From Silvanigrellaceae bacterium (GTDB taxonomy: Bacteria; Bdellovibrionota_B; Oligoflexia; Silvanigrellales; Silvanigrellaceae), in assembly GCA_049423385.1 (NCBI GenBank), contig JBMSQQ010000067.1, forward strand, positions 1 through 18,009: a stretch of 18,009 nt of DNA, written 5' to 3'. Below are positions 1 to 6,529 of this stretch, one piece after another. Position 1 is the first letter of the stretch. The number at the start of each line of letters is the position of its first letter. Under the pieces are notes generated by a model that searched no databases, was not told the DNA's origin, and saw only the letters and a list, made by a program, of their open reading frames with translations. The position numbers and the translations under genes are program-made.

Positions 1-954
1 CGAGCCCGCAGCAGACGTCTTCAAACCGGACAGGGGGGGATTCTCTTTTTTGTTTTCAGTCGGTTCAAGAGCCAAAAGCAGTTCGTCGACAGACTTGAGC
101 CCGTCAAAAACAACCCCATGGGCTCGCAACCCGCTCATGATTCTTGAATTTGAATCGACGATTTCGCAATTGCTAAAACGACACTCCGTGAAGTTGCAGT
201 CTTCAAACCGGAGCCCCTGGAGGTCGGATTGGTCGATCTCACATTCGTTCAGATTGCAGTTTGTAAAAACCGAGTGCGCTAGACGACTCGCATTGAGTAC
301 AACTCCAGAGAAGTTGGAGCGCAAAAGCCGATTGTGGGTAAAATCCGCCTCGGAAATACCGACATCCGTCAATTGAGTCCGGGACAATCGGTTGTTTTCG
401 AACCTTGATTCACGGATGGTGACCTTGGAAAGGCGAGCCAGACCAAATTCATTTGAAGAAAAATTGGAACGCTCACAATCCAGTCCGCTCACCTGGGACA
501 ATGTGAAATTGTTCTTGCGAACTTCCGAAGCCTCACGAAAAGCAGCATCACGCCATTGGGAACCAGAGATGGAATTCGCCTCGGCCTGTGTGTCGGAATC
601 CACCATCACGGAACTGAAGATGGAAAGTTTGCAATCGAAACCCTCGCCCGCAGGTTTGAATTCAACCTTTCGACCCAACTCGCGTGACTTCCTGAGGAGG
701 GCATCAAAGCCAATCTTTTCACCAAGGCTCGCCAGGGCATTGTCGATGGACGACTTCGCACGCTTCGATTTGCGTTTCGGGCCTTCTTCACGATGATGAG
801 GCTTGTCGCGTTGCCTTGAAGATGACCCTGAGCCCGCATCTCCTGTTCGGTGGTCGACTGATGCTTCAAAAAGTTCCTGGATGAGAGCCTCGGCCCGAGG
901 AACTTCCATCTTTCCACGCGACACCGCCTTCAAGATAGAATGCAGATCCTTCAT
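1..954 (-). CDS. Pentapeptide-repeat protein with short helical (SHOCT-like) N-terminus; 3' end lies beyond the window (>=318 aa)
   Basis: Manually translated; absent from the ORF track because there is no stop in the window. ATG at 954-952 overlaps the lptG stop (TGATG). Reads MKDLHSILKAVSRGKMEVPRAEALIQELF...SEVRK NNFTL SQVSG LDCER SNFSS NEFGL ARLSK VTIRE SRFEN NRLSR TQLTD VGISE ADFTH...SDLQG LRFED CNFTE CRFSN and stays open to position 1. Confidence 0.88.
   Translation of the reverse strand, partial: MKDLHSILKAVSRGKMEVPRAEALIQELFEASVDHRTGDAGSGSSSRQRDKPHHREEGPKRKSKRAKSSIDNALASLGEKIGFDALLRKSRELGRKVEFKPAGEGFDCKLSIFSSVMVDSDTQAEANSISGSQWRDAAFREASEVRKNNFTLSQVSGLDCERSNFSSNEFGLARLSKVTIRESRFENNRLSRTQLTDVGISEADFTHNRLLRSNFSGVVLNASRLAHSVFTNCNLNECEIDQSDLQGLRFEDCNFTECRFSNCEIVDSNSRIMSGLRAHGVVFDGLKSVDELLLALEPTENKKENPPLSGLKTSAAGS
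154..573 (-). repeat. Protein-level pentapeptide repeat array (~25-28 units, ~6 four-sided coils)
   Basis: Hydrophobic F/L/I/V recurs every 5 residues, with small S/A/C/N two positions before; 20-residue periodicity is visible (NNFTL/NEFGL/NRLSR/NRLLR). Confidence 0.8.
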
Positions 955-2045
955 CAACTTCTCCGATCAACACGCAAAATGAGAATTATTCCAAATACAA
1001 GAAACAAGACAGTGGGTCCCCATGCAGCCAGGTAACCCGGAAGGGTGCCACTCGCAGCAACTGCCCTCATGGCCGCAGCACTTCCCCAAAAAACCGCCGC
1101 GACAATCAAGCACCCGACGATGCCGATATATGTATCCGCCTGCCGTTCGCGGCGCAAGGCAAAAGGAAACGCGAAAAACGCAAAGACCAGATTGGCAAAG
1201 GGTGAACTCAGTTTTTGGTACAAATCCGCCTCTCGACTGGCCATCGCAGCTCCGGATGTCTTGTTGTCATTTAAAACCTGACGGAGTTCGCGAAAGCTCA
1301 CCAGGTCGGAAGAAATCCCTTCTCGCAAAAGTTTTGGCGGCTGAGAAGCTACGTTTGTTTCATATTCGGGCAACATTTCGGCCGATACGAGCTCACCTGC
1401 CTCGCCAAAATTGCTGACCCGAGCTTGCAGCAATTTCCATACGCCACTCTGGGAATCAAACTCGGCAGCCTTGCCGTGAACAATTTGCGACACCTCTCCA
1501 CCATTCCGGAAAACGACATATTCAGGCTCAACAAGGCTATGCTTGAGCTGATTCAGTTTTCGAAAATGAAGGATTGTCCCCTTGCCACTGACCCACTGGC
1601 TTTCCAGAAACATTTGCGACAATGACGATTTCTCTATCTTCACAGTCTCGATTTTTTGAAGGCGCAACATTGCCGATGGAACCACAAACTCGGAAATGCA
1701 AAAACTGAGCAAACAAACAATGCCACTGACGTACAACAAAGGTTTGCAAATGCTGCGGATGGACTGTCCGGCAGCCCTCATGGCCGAAACCTCGCCACTG
1801 CGGGCAAAAATCCACATGGTCAATATTCCGCTGAACATGACTGAAAACGGACTGATATCGACAAACATCTTTGGCGTTTGAACAAGATAATACTCGAAAA
1901 TCACCCAACCGGTGGCATTGTATTTTGGAAAATAACGGGTGTTTTTCTCCAAAAAATCGATCACACAATAAATGAGAACAAAACCAATGCAGATTGAAAT
2001 GTAAAGTTTGACAAACTCACGCAAAAGATATTTCGCAAAGATCAT
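954..2045 (-). CDS. lptG: LPS export ABC transporter permease LptG
   Basis: LptF/LptG family pattern: KYLLREF, GEVSAMRAAGQS, 3 TM + periplasmic beta domain + 3 TM, LYQKLSSPFANL, AAWGP. Start moved to ATG 2045 (MIFAKY), an ATGA overlap with the lptF stop. Confidence 0.9.
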   Translation of the reverse strand: MIFAKYLLREFVKLYISICIGFVLIYCVIDFLEKNTRYFPKYNATGWVIFEYYLVQTPKMFVDISPFSVMFSGILTMWIFARSGEVSAMRAAGQSIRSICKPLLYVSGIVCLLSFCISEFVVPSAMLRLQKIETVKIEKSSLSQMFLESQWVSGKGTILHFRKLNQLKHSLVEPEYVVFRNGGEVSQIVHGKAAEFDSQSGVWKLLQARVSNFGEAGELVSAEMLPEYETNVASQPPKLLREGISSDLVSFRELRQVLNDNKTSGAAMASREADLYQKLSSPFANLVFAFFAFPFALRRERQADTYIGIVGCLIVAAVFWGSAAAMRAVAASGTLPGYLAAWGPTVLFLVFGIILILRVDRRS

Positions 2046-3280
2046 CCGCCTCTCCCGGGGGCAGTCCTGAACCGCTTTCGCCACTCTCGGGCCAGAAATT
2101 CAGAAAAATTCGTGGAAGGCGGATGCCTGGAACGCCAAACCAGAACAACAACGGACATCAATATCAACGAAAACAGCGGAAGAATCAGAGACACTTCCGG
2201 CGGAACGACAAATTTCACGGCCATTTGCTGACTGAACATGATCAGGGCGTAAAAAATGAACACAATCGCCACCAGTCCAAGATATGCCACACCCGCCCTG
2301 CGTCGCGGATCCTGCAGTCCAAGACAGACTCCGATCACGGGAAAAAACAGACAAGACATGGGCACCACGATTTGTTCATAGAAATAAGTATGATCCCTGA
2401 CCGAACGCTGATTCGATCCCCAGTCGGATCTGTTTCTGAGTTCCTTGAGTTCCTCCAGGTATCTGGACGGAAAATAGGAGCGCAAATCATTGGCATCAAA
2501 TTGGCCAACCTCGAACTGCTTTTGAAACATGTTGACCAAGGAGATTTTCAATTTGTCGAAGGCCATGACGTTCCAAGCGCCCGAAGCGAGTGGTTGATGC
2601 AATCGACCATTGCGGAGTTCAAAAATATAATCGTAATTTCCACTCTCGCTGTCCTTGCGCAATTGTCCCGTTTCAGCAGTGAGAATCTGCGAAGGTTGAC
2701 CCTCCTGGCCTGAATTGATGCCAAGAAAAACTCCCGCGAACCTGGACCTATCCTGGCCAACCTTGTCCACGTACAATGCAACCCTTGTTCCGCCCCCCTG
2801 AAACAGATCCGAGATGAAGGTTTTCTCCTGAAGACGGTTTTCGAGGATGGCCTCCACTCCCTTGCGGGCATGAATCCACTTGAACTTTCTCCACTGTTGG
2901 CGTGCATAGGGTTCCATCCACAAGGCACTCAAGGCAGCGACGCCAACGAACAAAAGCCCAAGGAGAAATGGCGCCCTGCAAAGACGAATCGCACCCACGC
3001 CGGAGCTCATCCAGGCCTCGGATTCACGGTCACCCGACATGCGCACCGTGACTATGGCGGCAGCAAACAAAAGCGAAAGTGGCAAAGTCAACTTCAGGAT
3101 GTTCGGCACAACAAAAATAATGAACATCAACATGGACAGTGCACCTTCCTGGGTCAGGACCAGATAGTCCGTCATGGAAAGGATGCGAAACAGGAACATC
3201 ACCGTGCTGAGTATGGCAAGAATCACCAACGTGAGTGATGTGATTTCTGAGAATATCAATCGGTCGATTTTCGCGAACAC
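2042..3280 (-). CDS. lptF: LPS export ABC transporter permease LptF
   Basis: KIDRLIFSE, LPLSLLFAA, RMSGDRESEAWMSSGVG, LRNGRL motifs. GTG start with GGAGG SD; paired with lptG. Confidence 0.9.
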   Translation of the reverse strand: MFAKIDRLIFSEITSLTLVILAILSTVMFLFRILSMTDYLVLTQEGALSMLMFIIFVVPNILKLTLPLSLLFAAAIVTVRMSGDRESEAWMSSGVGAIRLCRAPFLLGLLFVGVAALSALWMEPYARQQWRKFKWIHARKGVEAILENRLQEKTFISDLFQGGGTRVALYVDKVGQDRSRFAGVFLGINSGQEGQPSQILTAETGQLRKDSESGNYDYIFELRNGRLHQPLASGAWNVMAFDKLKISLVNMFQKQFEVGQFDANDLRSYFPSRYLEELKELRNRSDWGSNQRSVRDHTYFYEQIVVPMSCLFFPVIGVCLGLQDPRRRAGVAYLGLVAIVFIFYALIMFSQQMAVKFVVPPEVSLILPLFSLILMSVVVLVWRSRHPPSTNFSEFLAREWRKRFRTAPGRGG

Positions 3281-3308
3281 ATCTGCCTCCCTGCACGACG
3301 GGGCGAAA

Positions 3309-4109
3309 TCAAGCCTGCGGATTGCTTTCCTCGCGGAACATTCCCATCACATGGTAGCCGCAGTCAACGTGGAGTGTTTCTCCGGTGACTCCCGAACCCA
3401 AATCCGAAAGCAAAAAAAGCGCCGAACGGGCCACATCTTCACCAGTGATGTTGCGGCGCAGCGGCGAAAACTTTTGACTGTAATCCAACATGTTGCGCAT
3501 TCCTGGAATCGCACTTGAGGACAATGTCCGGATTGGCCCTGCACTGATGGAGTTGACGCGGATCCCTTGAGGTCCGAGATCTTCCGCAAGATAGCGGTTG
3601 CACGCTTCAAGCGCAGCCTTTGCAACACCCATGACGTTGTAGTTCGGAATAACTTTTTCCGCACCGTAGTATGACATCGAAATGATGCTTCCACCATTGC
3701 GCATCAGCGGAGCTGCATGCTTGGCCGCTGCCACGAGCGTGAAGGCTGAGACGTCCATGGTTGAAATAAACTGTTGGCGGGTGGTGTTTACAAAGGGTTC
3801 CTTGAGACACTCCTTGTCCGTGTAGGCAACCGAATGGATGACGAAATCGATGGAGTCCCATTGAGTCTTGACCCACCGGAAAAAATCCTCGAGTTCTTCG
3901 TCCTTGGAAAGATCACAGCCCTTGGCCTTTGCGCCGGGAATCTCGGTGATCAGATCATTGAGCCTTTTTTCCTGGGCAGCACCCAAAAAATTGAACAGCA
4001 TGGTTGCACCCTCGGCCGCACAAGCCTGGGCGCATGACCACGCAAGTGATTTGTTGTTCGCAACTCCAAAGACGACGCCCCGTTTTCCGCTCAACAATCC
4101 ATTGGCCAC
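3309..4109 (-). CDS. fabI: Enoyl-ACP reductase FabI
   Basis: GVANNKSLAW, YYGAEKVIPNYNVMGVAKAALEA (Y-x6-K catalytic motif), RVNSISAGPIRTL. GTG start with GGAGGT SD. Confidence 0.96.
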   Translation of the reverse strand: MANGLLSGKRGVVFGVANNKSLAWSCAQACAAEGATMLFNFLGAAQEKRLNDLITEIPGAKAKGCDLSKDEELEDFFRWVKTQWDSIDFVIHSVAYTDKECLKEPFVNTTRQQFISTMDVSAFTLVAAAKHAAPLMRNGGSIISMSYYGAEKVIPNYNVMGVAKAALEACNRYLAEDLGPQGIRVNSISAGPIRTLSSSAIPGMRNMLDYSQKFSPLRRNITGEDVARSALFLLSDLGSGVTGETLHVDCGYHVMGMFREESNPQA

Positions 4110-4243
4110 TTTTCACCTCCCATTCATGCATTTTCGAGGCGGTACATATAACCTGTTCATTCCGGTTCCGACAACCAAGCTGCGTTGAAAGGCAAAAGGA
4201 AGTAGGCTACCACTCGAAGACCACCTATTGGAGGAAGCCTGCA

Positions 4244-4507
4244 ATGACCGTGACCCCACCACAGGGACCCACATACCGAAAAATCGAAATCGACAACGCA
4301 ACCTGCAAACGCCGCTTTCACGTTGCATTTGAAGAGGGTCAAAAACCAGTGGCCGAGACAAAAGTTCTCTGCCCGCATTGTGGTGTCACGCTGTTTGAGG
4401 CCAAAAATCACCCTCCAGCGATTCTTTCCCGCGATGAAAATTTGGTCAAAAGCCCAGATGGCACAAATACCACCCTAAACGAATGTCGCTTTTTGAAACA
4501 AAATTGA
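4244..4507 (+). CDS. Small (87 aa) zinc-ribbon-like hypothetical protein
   Basis: GGAGG SD at 4230-4234 before ATG 4244 (the track's 4004 start overlaps fabI). Sequence ...DNATCKRRFHV...VLCPHCGVTL...ECRF. Confidence 0.75.
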   Translation: MTVTPPQGPTYRKIEIDNATCKRRFHVAFEEGQKPVAETKVLCPHCGVTLFEAKNHPPAILSRDENLVKSPDGTNTTLNECRFLKQN

Positions 4508-5502
4508 TCTGGCTTTGCCCAGCCGTTGGCGGAATACTTCTGACGGTCACAACTGCGCCGTTTTTTTTCACCTCTGCCCGGTGGCTGAGAGCGTGGTTTT
4601 GGTCGGCTATTATTTTATTCGGCGACGCAGTCGCCTTTCCGCTGAAGGTGACTGCGCTCTTCGTTGGCCTGCTCGCGGCATTGCCTATTTGCGCCGCAAC
4701 GGTTGATGCCCCGGAACCTGGTTCAACGCTTCAAGTGACTCCACTTCAGATGTTGCTGGTTGGCATTTGCGTTGTTTTCAGGGTTTTCATCTGGCCAGGA
4801 ATCGCCATGGACTGGGACAGAGTCAGAAAATGGGAACAGGAAGTCGTTCGAAGGCCCAAAGGTGGCTTGTGGGCCCACATTCAGGCCGGAAGTCATGCTT
4901 CCCGGGAACGCCTTCATACAAGAGCAACGACACTGGGGCTTGCTCTCGCTGAAGGCGAACTTAAAAGCACCCCTTCACTTGCAGCAATTCCAAAGCAATC
5001 CCTGGGTCTTTTACTCGTGTTGATAGCCAGCAAAATCGCCGGTCGCGCGGGGACACCCATCGCCACCGAACTCAATGTCCTGTTGATTTTTTGCTCGGTT
5101 GGAGTCTTTTTGTTGGCATTTTCGAAACAAGACCACACGTCCAACAAGCCTGACAAATGGCTGCTGCTGACACTGGTTCCGGCTCTGACCCTGATGGCAA
5201 GCCGCGTGACAATCCATGCATGGCCGGTCGAACTGTCGAATTTCCACAGCGCTTTTGCTGATTTGGCCCGATTTTCAATCCTTGCCGCGGTTGTTGCACT
5301 CTTTCTCAGGGATGTTGGAAATCTTTTTGATTTTGGCCCGGGCTCCGCAGCCCCAGTGGGCTTCGCCCCACTGGATAAAAAATACTCATTCCTGAAAACA
5401 GCAATACAAACAGTACAATCGCTTGCAAATCCTGCACATCTTGTATCCCTGTTTATTCACTTCGACGTACTGCTAACAACTCTCAGAATTACGCTGAGTT
5501 GA
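4504..5502 (+). CDS. Multi-pass membrane protein (~7-8 TM), possibly a highly diverged ECF transporter T component
   Basis: Only long ORF over this 1 kb, with many hydrophobic segments. Start is either TTG 4504 (TTGA overlap with the upstream stop) or ATG 4483. The central amphipathic segment resembles EcfT coupling helices (by eye). Confidence 0.65.
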   Translation: MIWLCPAVGGILLTVTTAPFFFTSARWLRAWFWSAIILFGDAVAFPLKVTALFVGLLAALPICAATVDAPEPGSTLQVTPLQMLLVGICVVFRVFIWPGIAMDWDRVRKWEQEVVRRPKGGLWAHIQAGSHASRERLHTRATTLGLALAEGELKSTPSLAAIPKQSLGLLLVLIASKIAGRAGTPIATELNVLLIFCSVGVFLLAFSKQDHTSNKPDKWLLLTLVPALTLMASRVTIHAWPVELSNFHSAFADLARFSILAAVVALFLRDVGNLFDFGPGSAAPVGFAPLDKKYSFLKTAIQTVQSLANPAHLVSLFIHFDVLLTTLRITLS

Positions 5503-5605
5503 TGGTAAACCGAACAATAAGCCATGAAATTCGGGCATTTACCCCCATAAAAAAAATCCACCAGGGTGCTTGAAGTGGTCTGTTTTTTTCGCTACGTGCC
5601 CTCAA

Positions 5606-5623
5606 TGCCAGTGAGCACTGACA
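5606..5623. promoter_or_regulatory. Imperfect palindrome TGCCAGTG-AG-CACTGACA, candidate bEBP upstream activating sequence
   Basis: 7 of 8 arm positions complementary; lies ~120-135 bp upstream of the start predicted from the sigma-54 motif. Confidence 0.5.
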
Positions 5624-5671
5624 ACTCTTTTTACAGAGGCTTTTTCAAGTCTCACGGCGGTTATTTTGTTT

Positions 5672-5684
5672 TAAATTGTTGTTT
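5672..5684 (-). promoter_or_regulatory. IHF-like site AAACAA-caat-TTA within an AT-rich tract
   Basis: One mismatch to WATCAANNNNTTR; positioned between the candidate UAS and the -24/-12 box. Confidence 0.4.
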
Positions 5685-5713
5685 TTACTGGTTCCGTTTT
5701 TGGATGCGGGAAG

Positions 5714-5730
5714 TTGGCATGAAGCCTGCT
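5714..5730 (+). promoter_or_regulatory. Sigma-54 (-24/-12) promoter TTGGCATGAAGCCTGCT
   Basis: GG at 5716-5717 and GC at 5728-5729 with exact 10-nt spacing; matches TGGCAC-N5-TTGCW with 2 mismatches; intergenic and correctly oriented. Confidence 0.7.
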
Positions 5731-5817
5731 ACACCCCACTCAGGCAGCCTCCCAAAAGGAGGTTCGTCAATGGACTGCATCCAGTTCGGAAGCACTTTGG
5801 TTGAAGGAGTCATTCAT

Positions 5818-6036
5818 ATGGATAACGTCATCAACCTGTTCTCGCGTCGTGCGCCTGCCAAAACAGGCCAACAATCGCGAGGGGGTGATTCTACTCAACA
5901 GTCCTCTTCTGCTGTGGTTCTAAACCCTGGCAGTTTCTCGGACATCGCCGAGCGCAACAAGGCAAACCAGATGCGCCTGCGAAAAGAACGAGAACAAGCC
6001 AACAAGAATGTATTGAAGAGTTACCGGATTAAATAG
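5818..6036 (+). CDS. Small hypothetical protein (72 aa): N-terminal NVINLF motif, disordered linker, basic C-terminal helix (...RLRKEREQANKNVLKSYRIK)
   Basis: AAGGAG SD before ATG 5818; an alternative in-frame ATG at 5770 has an AGGAGG SD. The track's 5566 start runs through the promoter and is unlikely. Confidence 0.75.
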   Translation: MDNVINLFSRRAPAKTGQQSRGGDSTQQSSSAVVLNPGSFSDIAERNKANQMRLRKEREQANKNVLKSYRIK

Positions 6037-6039
6037 TCC

Positions 6040-6080
6040 GAGTGATGACCGGAGATCCGGCTCCGGAAAAATCATCATTC
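6040..6080 (+). other. Intercistronic stem-loop
   Basis: GAGTGATGA/TCATCATTC (9 bp incl. one G-U) plus CCGGAG/CTCCGG (6 bp), 6-nt loop, A5 bulge; no U-tract. Confidence 0.55.
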
Positions 6081-6110
6081 AGTATCGTCTCTGGTTTGGT
6101 GGGGTGAGCC

Positions 6111-6416
6111 ATGCAGAACAACAATTTTGAGAGTTTCTCGATTGAGCAACCTTCACAGTCCGCACAAGAGGGTGCAGTGGTCGTGGATCTTCAGGCTTTC
6201 CGCTTGAAGAAGTCGATGACTGGAGACAAACGCCGCGGGGTGCAGGACACTTTCAACCTCGCCGGAAGCACGGACGTGACCGACAATTCGCTTCCAACAG
6301 GACGCAAGGAAGAAGAACTTGCTTCCCGACTCGAAAGAATCAAATCCAGCATCCAACGCATCAACCAGTTGATGGCAGACCTGCGGGATTCAAATCAGCC
6401 AACGAAGTCGAACTGA
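6111..6416 (+). CDS. Small hypothetical protein (101 aa) with VVVDLQAFRLKK motif and C-terminal coiled coil
   Basis: GGGGTGAG SD-like sequence before ATG; heptad helix LASRLERIKSSIQRINQLMADLR. Confidence 0.75.
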   Translation: MQNNNFESFSIEQPSQSAQEGAVVVDLQAFRLKKSMTGDKRRGVQDTFNLAGSTDVTDNSLPTGRKEEELASRLERIKSSIQRINQLMADLRDSNQPTKSN

Positions 6417-6483
6417 AGCGATACATTTACGGGCAAGGTCTCATTTAGTGGCTTGACCTGCCGATGCAATTGATGAAGATGAG

Positions 6484-6520
6484 AGGGCGCAGTTGAAAGA
6501 AACTGCGCCTTTTCCTTTTT
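6484..6520 (+). terminator. Intrinsic (Rho-independent) terminator
   Basis: GGCGCAGTT-gaaaga-AACTGCGCC perfect 9-bp stem followed by TTTTCCTTTTT. Confidence 0.8.
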
Positions 6521-6529
6521 GAGGACACC

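Noticed and set aside
33..39. G7 tract (and T8 at 4561-4568) as phase-variation sites
   Set aside because: Short runs, reading frames intact, no evidence of slippage from a single sequence.
50..917. Track ORFs 50..376 (+), 392..796 (+) and 606..917 (-)
   Set aside because: Shadows of the real minus-strand pentapeptide-repeat gene starting at 954.
4110..4243. Divergent sigma-70 promoters between fabI and the Zn-ribbon gene (TTGAAA-N17-TACCAC on +; TTGTCG-N17-TTATAT on -)
   Set aside because: The -10 matches are too weak to call without TSS data.
5566..5769. N-terminal extension of the 5566..6036 ORF
   Set aside because: It spans the AT-rich UAS/IHF/sigma-54 region, gives implausible F/C-rich sequence, and lacks an SD.
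6470..6520. Lysine or glycine riboswitch suggested by AGAGGGCGC...GAAAG
   Set aside because: Far too short for either aptamer; these bases form the terminator stem and loop.
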